Source: Oligoflexales bacterium (GTDB lineage: Bacteria > Bdellovibrionota_B > Oligoflexia > Oligoflexales > RGVZ01). Taken from it: DNA of 10,133 nt. Both the position numbers and the translations under genes were made by a program. This document shows, piece after piece, positions 1 through 6,957 of this stretch. Location of the stretch: assembly GCA_044236265.1 (NCBI GenBank), contig JBIIGV010000101.1, positions 1-10,133 on the forward strand, given 5' to 3'. How positions within the stretch are numbered: position 1 is the stretch's first letter; each line of letters opens with the position of its first letter. The notes below the pieces were generated by a model. The model was not told the origin of the DNA, did not search any database, and saw only the letters and a list, made by a program, of their open reading frames with translations.

Positions 1-254
1 GCAGAAGATACATAAGAGCCGCTAATAGATCGCTCGTTGGTCTTCAAAGCTCGCGTAAAAATCTCTTCAATGGATTCATATGTCTCGAGAGGACGATCCG
101 CTTCGTTCATGTTGATTTTGAATAGACTCACGAAGGCCTTATTGATTGGCTTTTGGACGGGAGCTGGAAGCTTCACCCGGACAACCGCACCAACCGCAAA
201 ACTCAAAGCATTCTGAGGTATTAGCCCTAAAGCGTGTACATAGTCCTTGATCAA
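1..254 (-). CDS. psd: Phosphatidylserine decarboxylase proenzyme (Psd family), N-terminal part; continues beyond the left window edge
   Basis: Manual minus-strand translation from TTG at 254-252, with SD-like AAGGA 8 nt upstream: (M)IKDYVHALGLIPQNALSFAVGAVVRVKLPAPVQKPINKAFVSLFKINMNEADRPLETYESIEEIFTRALKTNERSISGSYVSSA..., open to base 1. This matches the Psd N-terminal pattern 'F..i.m.EA..p...Y.s...fFTR.Lk...R.i......vSpaDG'. Confidence 0.85.
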   Translation of the reverse strand, partial: MIKDYVHALGLIPQNALSFAVGAVVRVKLPAPVQKPINKAFVSLFKINMNEADRPLETYESIEEIFTRALKTNERSISGSYVSS

Positions 255-328
255 TTTAAAATTCCTTAATCATTACAGGTTATTAAAGATGAGCCTGGCA
301 CTGGCAGACACTCTTTTTTACCAAACTG

Positions 329-344
329 TGTCCAAATGGTGACA
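329..344. promoter_or_regulatory. Putative enhancer (UAS) for a sigma54 enhancer-binding protein, TGTC-N8-GACA (=TGT-N10-ACA)
   Basis: TGTCCAAATGGTGACA is a dyad centred ~140 bp upstream of the predicted sigma54 start site (~477). It has the NifA-type TGT-N10-ACA geometry. Confidence 0.45.
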
Positions 345-372
345 GGTTATCACGACCGCCGAAACGGGGCCA

Positions 373-391
373 AATTAATAACTTATTGAAA
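373..391. promoter_or_regulatory. Putative IHF binding site(s)
   Basis: Two overlapping one-mismatch matches to WATCAANNNNTTR: AATTAATAACTTA (+, 373-385) and TTTCAATAAGTTA (-, 391-379). They lie in an AT-rich tract between the putative UAS and the -24/-12 element. Confidence 0.5.
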
Positions 392-450
392 TTAATGGGA
401 TTTTTATTAATTAATCCCAGCCAAGAAACCTTAACAATGGAGCACACTTC

Positions 451-466
451 TGGTACATTCCTTGTA
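451..466 (+). promoter_or_regulatory. Putative sigma54 (RpoN) -24/-12 promoter for the 577..774 gene
   Basis: TGGTAC-ATTCC-TTGTA versus consensus TGGCAC-N5-TTGCW. The GG-N10-G spacing is exact (GG 452-453, G 464), with C->T at -12. Predicted TSS ~477. Confidence 0.55.
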
Positions 467-576
467 CCATTAAAGACATGGGGCGGTAAACGACTGAGCG
501 GATAACCCGGATCTCGCAAGGTAAAAACTGCGGACCTGACGCTCAACGAGAGCAGCTCTACAAAGGAGGAATTCTA

Positions 577-774
577 ATGTCTATGAATGCGCAAGTGTCG
601 AAAACTAAAGCTTCGGCAACGCAAAACCTGAACGAAAAGGCTGTCCGCAGCCTCGCAGATGCCATCTATAAGCAGCTTCAAAGCGAAGGCTGCGAAGCTA
701 AAGACATCATCTGTGTCTCCAGTCAGCTACTTGGATTGGTCTCCGATCAGATTCGTGGCGACCAACAAAACTGA
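577..774 (+). CDS. Small hypothetical protein (65 aa), predicted two-helix fold
   Basis: Strong SD AAAGGAGGA (562-570) 6 nt before the ATG. Two amphipathic helices (AVRSLADAIYKQLQSEG / AKDIICVSSQLLGLVSDQI). Upstream promoter-like elements are present and there is no overlap with other credible genes. Confidence 0.85.
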   Translation: MSMNAQVSKTKASATQNLNEKAVRSLADAIYKQLQSEGCEAKDIICVSSQLLGLVSDQIRGDQQN

Positions 775-778
775 TCAC

Positions 779-1333
779 TTAAATAATGTATTTTTGGATT
801 TCGCTCAGAGCTGCCCTGATGTTTTGATCATCAGGGCAGATTTTATTTGCCTCGCGGTACTCTTTAAACGCCTTCCAATACTCTCCGCGATCAAGATAAA
901 TCCGCCCTAAATTCATGTAAGGAAAGTGTCGAGAGCTATAACGCTCTGATTTTTTTGCGCGCTCAAAATAGGTGACTGCTCCGGATAAGTCTCCTAAGGC
1001 CGCAAGATACGAACCTAAGTCATTGGCAGCATTACCAAACTCCCCGTCGATACGGAGAGCCTCGCGACAAAGATGCGCCGCGACGTGGAGATTTCCTTTT
1101 GACGACTCCACCCAGGCCCAGTAGGTGAGAGCATCAGCGGATCGACTAAGGCGCAGGCTATCTTTGAACCGGCGGGTCGCTCGATCATAGAGCCCCTGAC
1201 TGGCCGCCTTCAGACCTTCCTCAATCAGATCTTTAGATCTTCGTTGGCAGAAGCTGCCGTCAAATATTGATTTTTCACGTAACCCTTCAGCCACGGCCTT
1301 CGAGCTCTCCCCACATCTGAAAAACAAAGACAA
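779..1333 (-). CDS. Tetratricopeptide repeat (TPR) protein
   Basis: About four TPR-like units (ADALTYWAWVESSKGNLHVAAHLCREALRIDGEFG; NAANDLGSYLAALGDLSGAVTYFERA; PYMNLGRIYLDRGEYWKAFKEYREANKICPDD). The TTG start at 1333 is uncertain. Confidence 0.85.
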   Translation of the reverse strand: MSLFFRCGESSKAVAEGLREKSIFDGSFCQRRSKDLIEEGLKAASQGLYDRATRRFKDSLRLSRSADALTYWAWVESSKGNLHVAAHLCREALRIDGEFGNAANDLGSYLAALGDLSGAVTYFERAKKSERYSSRHFPYMNLGRIYLDRGEYWKAFKEYREANKICPDDQNIRAALSEIQKYII

Positions 1334-1374
1334 AAAGATTTATCGCGTCTGAGCCTAACAACCTGTTCTTTCTT

Positions 1375-1403
1375 TTGAAAGCCATTTTTTATTGTGGTAC
1401 ACC
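1375..1403 (+). promoter_or_regulatory. Possible sigma70-type promoter for trmFO
   Basis: TTGAAA (1375-1380), 17-nt spacer, TACACC (1398-1403), with an extended -10 TG at 1395-1396. The -10 lacks the conserved final T. Confidence 0.35.
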
Positions 1404-1447
1404 GCCCGTCCGCAGGGTTTTTTAAGGTCAAATGGGGGGAACTTATT

Positions 1448-2779
1448 ATGAGAGTCCACGTTATCGGAGGGGGTCTAGCCGGCTCTGAAGCCGCGTGGCA
1501 AGTCGTCCGCCAGGGGATTCCAGTAACCCTCCACGAAATGCGTCCCCAGAAAATGACCCCAGCCCATCAGACGGGCGACATGGCCGAACTCGTTTGCAGT
1601 AACAGTCTAAAATCAATGGCTGAAGACTCTGCGCCAGGACTCTTAAAACGCGAGATGGTCGCACTCGACAGTCTCATCATCAAGGCGGGCCTAGAGGCCC
1701 GCGTTCCGGCGGGACAAGCTCTTGCGGTCAATCGAGAGCTTTTTTCCAAAGCCATCAGAACGGTGTTGGAAGCATCAGGTTTATTTACACGCGTAGACGA
1801 AGAAGTCACCGCCATACCAACTGTTGAAGAGCTGACTGAAAAAAATGAGATTTGGATCATTGCCACTGGCCCTCTTACGGCCGACCAATTAGCCCAGAAT
1901 ATTCTAGAACTCGCAGGCGGAGCAAAACGGCTCCATTTTTATGACGCCATTGCTCCCGTAATCGACGCTGAGTCGATCGACATGTCTAAAGGCTTCATGG
2001 CAGACCGTTGGCAAAAAGGCGATGACGGCGGTGATTATCTTAATCTTCCCCTAAATGATCGTGAATATAACGACTTCATTGACGCCGTGATTGCGTCAGA
2101 GAAAATGCCTCTTCATGATTTTGAAGACGTTAAATATTTTGAAAGTTGTTTACCGATTGAAGTGATGATTGAACGTGGACGAGACACGTTACGCTTTGGT
2201 CCTATGAAGCCCGTCGGTCTGACTGACCCAAGAACTGGGCGCTGGCCCTACGCGAATATTCAGCTTCGTAAAGAAAATGTTGATGCCACCATGTTTTCGA
2301 TGGTTGGTTTTCAAACAAAAATGAAATGGCCCGAGCAGTCACGCGTCTTCAAGATGATTCCGGGATTAGAGACGGCTGAGTTTCTTCGTTTTGGTTCAGT
2401 GCATCGCAACACTTACATCAAAGGTCCAGATGCGCTTGCAGATAACCTATCTTTTAAAACCAATTCTAGAGTTTTTCTCGCGGGTCAAATCACTGGCGTA
2501 GAAGGTTACACAGAGTCTGCCGCTATTGGACTACTGGCTGGTCGTCACGCTGCAGCTGCACTTAAAGGGCAACGTTTCGCAAATCCACCCGCAGACACCA
2601 TCCTTGGTGCATTAGCTCAATATATTACAGTTGGGCCTCTCGGTGATTACTCGCCGATGAATGCAAACTTTGGACTGCTACCCGCCATTCCAAAAGTCAG
2701 AGGCCAAGGAAAGAAAGATCGCCAAGCTGAAAAGGTTTCAAGAGCCTGGCGATCATTTGAATCGTGGGTCACCCCGTAA
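1448..2779 (+). CDS. trmFO: Folate/FAD-dependent tRNA (uracil-54, C5) methyltransferase TrmFO (Gid)
   Basis: Motifs VIGGGLAGSEAAWQ, HEMRP, AELVCSNSL, VPAG.ALAV.RE.FS, IATGPLT, FYDAIAP, YFESCLPIE, LRFGPMKPVGL, VGFQT, HRNTY, AGQITGVEGYTESAA, PMNANFGL. Start moved from 1394 to ATG 1448 (GGGGGA SD 7 nt upstream; the family begins at the FAD-binding motif). Confidence 0.97.
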   Translation: MRVHVIGGGLAGSEAAWQVVRQGIPVTLHEMRPQKMTPAHQTGDMAELVCSNSLKSMAEDSAPGLLKREMVALDSLIIKAGLEARVPAGQALAVNRELFSKAIRTVLEASGLFTRVDEEVTAIPTVEELTEKNEIWIIATGPLTADQLAQNILELAGGAKRLHFYDAIAPVIDAESIDMSKGFMADRWQKGDDGGDYLNLPLNDREYNDFIDAVIASEKMPLHDFEDVKYFESCLPIEVMIERGRDTLRFGPMKPVGLTDPRTGRWPYANIQLRKENVDATMFSMVGFQTKMKWPEQSRVFKMIPGLETAEFLRFGSVHRNTYIKGPDALADNLSFKTNSRVFLAGQITGVEGYTESAAIGLLAGRHAAAALKGQRFANPPADTILGALAQYITVGPLGDYSPMNANFGLLPAIPKVRGQGKKDRQAEKVSRAWRSFESWVTP

Positions 2780-2785
2780 CGCAGC

Positions 2786-3775
2786 TCACATCTCGGCAGA
2801 CGGGTCGCGTTTAAGATTTTTGGTTCGGTAAAGTTTGGCTGTCGCCTCTGAGTTGATGTTTTGTATCGTCATTTTGGTAAGTACTAAGTTCTTTTGATTT
2901 AGAAAATGATCGACTGCCTGAACATTTCTAAATTCAATCAGAAGATTCATCAGACTTGAAAACTGGTCATCAGTTTCTTCAAATTTTAATTTCTCGTTTG
3001 CTACTTGGCTCAATGCACCAGAATATCTGGAAATCGTCTTCATCGTCATTCGCGTTGACTCACCCCAGCCAAGTCCTTCTGGCAGGTGACGCTTCTTCCC
3101 CTGCTCTGCCAGGAAATAGAGGTTCAAATTGAAAGATCGGTAGTCATGAGTAAAACGAAGCGGAAAACTCATGGAGCTTGCTTTGTAGCGTACCCAAAGC
3201 GGTTCCAGTTGCGCGTCGTCACCTGAAAGATTTGCTCTGATGGCCAAGAAAAATGATCCCTTTTTTAAATAGGGCTTTTGAATCTCCAAGGGACTTGCAT
3301 TGAATCCTTGATTTTTAAGCCAATCATTTAATTCCAAGCCACTCGACTCAGATAAAATCTCAATGGGAATAATTTCATATTGGCCAACGTGCTCTGTTTC
3401 ATGAATCTTAATGCCCGGCGATTTTGCCGCGCCCTTTGGCACTCCTCGCGCCAAGCTGTAGCCTTTAGACTTGTCTCTTTCAAAATAGACATTCAGCACC
3501 TTAAAAATTTGTGGCGACGAGACTTTGTAGCCGAGCGGTTTGCTCGCAACCGGAAACACCCATGCCAAGGTTTTGGGAAGCTTTCCTGAAAAGCCTGTCT
3601 TTAAGATCAGATTAACAGCCTCACCATCATGAAACATGAGTGCTTCGCGGTCGTTTTCTCTAAACGAACTTAACTTCATGTCCGATTTAAAATAAAGACA
3701 GCCGTAGGCCCTTGAAGATAAGCCTGCGAGTATTAACAAAACGAAAAAAAATAAATTTTTTTGACTCATCGCCAC
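2786..3775 (-). CDS. DUF2330-family exported protein (signal peptide)
   Basis: Hydrophobic signal peptide ending ...SSRAYG/C. Family-like motifs LAWVFPVASKP, VGQYEI, LNDWLKNQGF, PYLKKGSFFLAIR, LEPL.V.Y....M.FPLRFT. GTG start with GGAGG SD 6 nt upstream (alternative ATG at 3769). Confidence 0.75.
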   Translation of the reverse strand: MAMSQKNLFFFVLLILAGLSSRAYGCLYFKSDMKLSSFRENDREALMFHDGEAVNLILKTGFSGKLPKTLAWVFPVASKPLGYKVSSPQIFKVLNVYFERDKSKGYSLARGVPKGAAKSPGIKIHETEHVGQYEIIPIEILSESSGLELNDWLKNQGFNASPLEIQKPYLKKGSFFLAIRANLSGDDAQLEPLWVRYKASSMSFPLRFTHDYRSFNLNLYFLAEQGKKRHLPEGLGWGESTRMTMKTISRYSGALSQVANEKLKFEETDDQFSSLMNLLIEFRNVQAVDHFLNQKNLVLTKMTIQNINSEATAKLYRTKNLKRDPSAEM

Positions 3776-3832
3776 TTAAAGCCTCCATGCTTTCGATAAA
3801 TCAATCACGGTCTCGTCAGGTGACCCGTCACT

Positions 3833-4615
3833 TTACGATAAATCTTTTGCCGTCTGCACCATCAAGGCGAAGTCTTCTGCTTTTAGAGACGCTCCGCCCA
3901 CGAGGCCGCCGTCAATGTTAGGCTTTGAAAGTAGTTCTTTGCAGTTAGCAGCATTCATGCTTCCGCCGTAGAGAATCTGAATCGCTTGCGCTCTCTCAGG
4001 ACCAAAGGTGCCTGATAGTAAATCACGGATAAACTTGTGAACCTCTTCTGCTTGATCGGGCGTGGCAGTAAGCCCGGTTCCGATGGCCCACACCGGCTCA
4101 TAAGCAATCACAAAGTCTTTATCTCTGGCCTCAGCGGAAACCTGCTTTAAGGATTGCTCGATTTGCGTTTTTACAACGTCGAACGTTTTCCCCGACTCGC
4201 GCTCTTGCCTTGTCTCGCCAACACAGACGATTGGCAAAAGAGACGCTTTGGCTAAGGCATTCCATTTTCTGCCAACGAACTCATCCGTCTCATTGTAGTA
4301 CTGGCGGCGTTCGCTGTGGCCGATGATGGAGCCACTCAGTTTGGCATCAAGAACCTGCGGAACAGAAATCTCGCCGGTAAACGCACCTTGGGTCTCGAAG
4401 TGACAGTTCTGAGCCAAAATTTTGACACCTGAACCATGTGCACCAGTGAGACATATGTCAAATAATGTAGCCGAGACCCCAAATCCGACATCAATCGTCC
4501 TTGTAACATCGGACAGATTCCCTAGTCGCTTTGTAAACGAGAGAAAAAACTCTGACGCTTCGCTGCGCGTCTTATGCATTTTCCAGTTACCACAAAGAAG
4601 TTTTCTACGAGCCAT
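3833..4615 (-). CDS. tpiA: Triosephosphate isomerase
   Basis: Motifs GNWKM, AQN, GAFTGEIS, GHSERR, CVGET, AYEPVWAIGTG, ILYGGS, IDGGLVGGASL. Confidence 0.98.
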   Translation of the reverse strand: MARRKLLCGNWKMHKTRSEASEFFLSFTKRLGNLSDVTRTIDVGFGVSATLFDICLTGAHGSGVKILAQNCHFETQGAFTGEISVPQVLDAKLSGSIIGHSERRQYYNETDEFVGRKWNALAKASLLPIVCVGETRQERESGKTFDVVKTQIEQSLKQVSAEARDKDFVIAYEPVWAIGTGLTATPDQAEEVHKFIRDLLSGTFGPERAQAIQILYGGSMNAANCKELLSKPNIDGGLVGGASLKAEDFALMVQTAKDLS

Positions 4616-4644
4616 AGCGGAAGCCCTTCTTATTGCAAATGAGT

Positions 4645-5832
4645 TTATTTGTGCAAAACTTTAATCCCAGGAAGGACTTTACCTTCGAGAAACTCTAAAC
4701 TCGCCCCGCCGCCTGTTGAGATGTGCGTCATCTTTGCAGCAAAACCAGACTTTTGAACTGCAGACACCGAGTCTCCACCACCGACAATTGTCTTACCACG
4801 AACCTCAGCCATTGCGCCGGCAATAGCCATCGTACCCGTAGCAAACTTGTCCCACTCAAAGACTCCCATTGGTCCGTTCCATAAAACTGTCTTGGAGTCC
4901 CTAATCACGCGGGCAAAGATTTTTTGCGTCTCAGGTCCAATATCTAGGCCCATAAGTCCCTGGGGAATGGCCCCGCCAGCAACGGCTACAGCCTCTGCCG
5001 TCTCTGAAAACTCCTTGGCACAGAGATGATCCACCGGAAGATGAATTTGAACCTTACGCGCATCGGCGTTGCGAAGGATGGTCTCTACCAAGTCCATCTT
5101 ATCGGCCTCGACGCGAGAAGAGCCGACATCAATGCCTTTAAACTTAAGGAATGTGTAGGCCATGGCACCACCAATCAGCATGTGATTGCAGGTGTTCAAA
5201 AGATTTAAAATCACCGCAATCTTGTCGGAGACCTTGCTTCCCCCCATGATCACTGTGAAGGGTGCTTCGGGCTTGGTAACGATACTGCCAAGGGCCGTGA
5301 TCTCCTTTTGAATCAAGTAGCCTGCAGCACGTCTTTCGGGTGAGAGAAGCTCAGCTGCGGCACTCACGCTTGCATGGGCCCTGTGGCATGTGCCAAAGGC
5401 ATCGTTGACGTAAAAGTCATAGCCGTCCACAAGACTGTGGGCGAAATCGATGTTGTTGGCCTCCTCGCCGGAGTGAAAACGAAGATTTTCAAGAAGCATG
5501 ACTTGATTTTTACCTAGTGACGTCAAAAGTTGCGCCGATGATTCTTTTGTATAGTCAGGGTACAAAACCACCTCTCGCTCAAGGAGCTCACTTAATCTTG
5601 CGCCCACAGGCTCAAGGCTATCTTGGGGGCTTCCACCGTTTTTGGGTCGGCCCAAGTGACTTGCCATGGTGAGTTTATTGGTACGTTCGAGGATGTACTT
5701 GATTGTGGGCAAAGCCTCGCGGATTCTGGTTTCATCTTGAATCTTGCCATTTTTGATAGGAACGTTGAGGTCAAGTCTCAGAAAAACCTTTTTGCCATTA
5801 AGCTCTAAGTCTTCGAGTTTGCGAAGTTGCAT
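4645..5832 (-). CDS. pgk: Phosphoglycerate kinase
   Basis: Motifs RLDLNVP, SHLGRP, LLENLRF, YVNDAFGTCHRAHAS, GGSKVSDKI, GLDIGP, WNGPMGVFE, GGGDS, HISTGGGASLEFLEG. GGAG SD upstream. Confidence 0.98.
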   Translation of the reverse strand: MQLRKLEDLELNGKKVFLRLDLNVPIKNGKIQDETRIREALPTIKYILERTNKLTMASHLGRPKNGGSPQDSLEPVGARLSELLEREVVLYPDYTKESSAQLLTSLGKNQVMLLENLRFHSGEEANNIDFAHSLVDGYDFYVNDAFGTCHRAHASVSAAAELLSPERRAAGYLIQKEITALGSIVTKPEAPFTVIMGGSKVSDKIAVILNLLNTCNHMLIGGAMAYTFLKFKGIDVGSSRVEADKMDLVETILRNADARKVQIHLPVDHLCAKEFSETAEAVAVAGGAIPQGLMGLDIGPETQKIFARVIRDSKTVLWNGPMGVFEWDKFATGTMAIAGAMAEVRGKTIVGGGDSVSAVQKSGFAAKMTHISTGGGASLEFLEGKVLPGIKVLHK

Positions 5833-5877
5833 GGATTAGTTCTCCGTTCCCCTGAGGGGTGATAAAATGGAAATCGT

Positions 5878-5901
5878 TCCGATTTTGGCGTCTTAATCGG
5901 A
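5878..5901. promoter_or_regulatory. Palindrome TCCGATT-N10-AATCGGA in the pgk/gshB-like divergent spacer; candidate operator
   Basis: Perfect 7-bp inverted repeat with a 10-nt spacer, inside a 95-bp divergent intergenic region. Confidence 0.35.
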
Positions 5902-5927
5902 TACCTTACCGAGCTACGGGGGTCAAC

Positions 5928-6878
5928 ATGGCAGAGCGAAAATCACATCTATTTGTAATCGACCCGCTTGAGCGCCTCAATCTTGCCTGGGATACCTCGA
6001 TTAAAATCGCATTTGCCTTGGATGAACTGGGGCATGATGTTTACTTTTGCACAGGCCGCGAATTATCACGCTCACTGCATCCATCTGGAGCTTTTGCGCA
6101 GGCTAAGAAGGCCATCTTTGGCAATAAACCCCAGGATCTCGCTCTTGAGACCCCAGAGCGCCTTCATCTAGAAAACTTTTCAGCCATTCACATGCGCCGA
6201 GAACCACCATTTGACCTAGATTACATCGCAACCTTATGGATTTTAGATTCCGTGTCCCATTTGGTTTCCGTCATGAATGCACCGAAGGCCCTTCTTGAAA
6301 TCAATGAAAAGCTGACGATTCTGGACTTTCCGCTGTTTACAAAACCGACCATCGTTTCAAGCGATGCCAACGAGCTTTTAGCATTTGCCCGCGAGCGTTG
6401 TGGTTCAAACATTGTGATTAAACCCCTAGGACTTTATGGTGGGCGGGGCGTTGAGCATATTGAAGGGGCGCGTGGTCTTGCTGAAAAACTCCATTTAGCC
6501 ACCATGAATGGCAAGGAATCGCGCATGGTCCAAGGCTTTGATGAGGCTGTCTACAAGGGGGAAGTGCGGGCTTTTACCGTGGCAGGGAAGCCCGTGTCCT
6601 GGTGCCTGAAGGTGCCTAAAAGTGGCGAATTTTTAGCCAACACAAGAGCTGGATCAACGTTAGAGCCCTACAGGCCCACGGCCAGAGACATAGACGTGGC
6701 CACCGGCGTTGCCGAGACCCTACTCAAGCGAGGCGTTATCTTTGCCGGAATAGACATGATCGGCGGCTGGCTGAGTGAGGTGAATATTACCTGCCCGGCT
6801 CTTCTTAGCCCGGACCGTGCCAGTCTGAAGAGCTTTGATCAGATTGCGCAGACAATTGACGCGCTTTCACATCATTAA
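5928..6878 (+). CDS. gshB: Glutathione synthetase-like ATP-grasp ligase (prokaryotic GshB family, divergent)
   Basis: Motifs FVIDPLERL...DTS, MRREPPFDLDY, VMNAPKAL..NEKL, VIKPL..YGGRGV, GEVR, FAGIDMIGG.LSEVNIT.P. Start moved from 5859 to ATG 5928 (GGGGG SD-like; GshB begins at this strand). Function not certain, see findings. Confidence 0.8.
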   Translation: MAERKSHLFVIDPLERLNLAWDTSIKIAFALDELGHDVYFCTGRELSRSLHPSGAFAQAKKAIFGNKPQDLALETPERLHLENFSAIHMRREPPFDLDYIATLWILDSVSHLVSVMNAPKALLEINEKLTILDFPLFTKPTIVSSDANELLAFARERCGSNIVIKPLGLYGGRGVEHIEGARGLAEKLHLATMNGKESRMVQGFDEAVYKGEVRAFTVAGKPVSWCLKVPKSGEFLANTRAGSTLEPYRPTARDIDVATGVAETLLKRGVIFAGIDMIGGWLSEVNITCPALLSPDRASLKSFDQIAQTIDALSHH

Positions 6879-6882
6879 GGAC

Positions 6883-6912
6883 TAGACAATACTCCAGATA
6901 ACTACATAAAAT
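6883..6912 (+). promoter_or_regulatory. Possible sigma70-type promoter for the FKBP gene
   Basis: TAGACA (6883-6888), 18-nt spacer, TAAAAT (6907-6912), in an AT-rich intergenic region. Confidence 0.4.
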
Positions 6913-6957
6913 ATCTAAAATATTTTTTGCCAACGGACTTTCAAACGGAGTTGCAAG

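Noticed and set aside
283..546. 87-aa minus-strand ORF
   Set aside because: No recognisable motifs or clear SD, and it spans the AT-rich region better explained as regulatory DNA.
485..560. Resemblance to a c-di-GMP-I (GEMM) riboswitch (GGTAAAC ... AAAACTGCGGACCTGA)
   Set aside because: No GNRA-capped P2 hairpin, no GACGCAAA-type junction, no tetraloop receptor and no 3' strand to close P3. Kept only as a generic structured-leader candidate.
659..910. 83-aa plus-strand ORF
   Set aside because: Out-of-frame overlap with the 65-aa gene and antisense to the TPR gene; shadow ORF.
1394..1447. N-terminal extension of trmFO from GTG 1394
   Set aside because: The family starts at the FAD-binding motif, ATG 1448 has an SD, and the extension overlaps a promoter-like sequence.
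3820..3831. GTGAC-CC-GTCAC inverted repeat just after the tpiA stop
   Set aside because: Too short and no U tract, so not supportable as a terminator.
5859..5927. N-terminal extension of the gshB-like ORF
   Set aside because: It would leave only 26 bp for two divergent promoters; ATG 5928 matches the GshB N-terminus.
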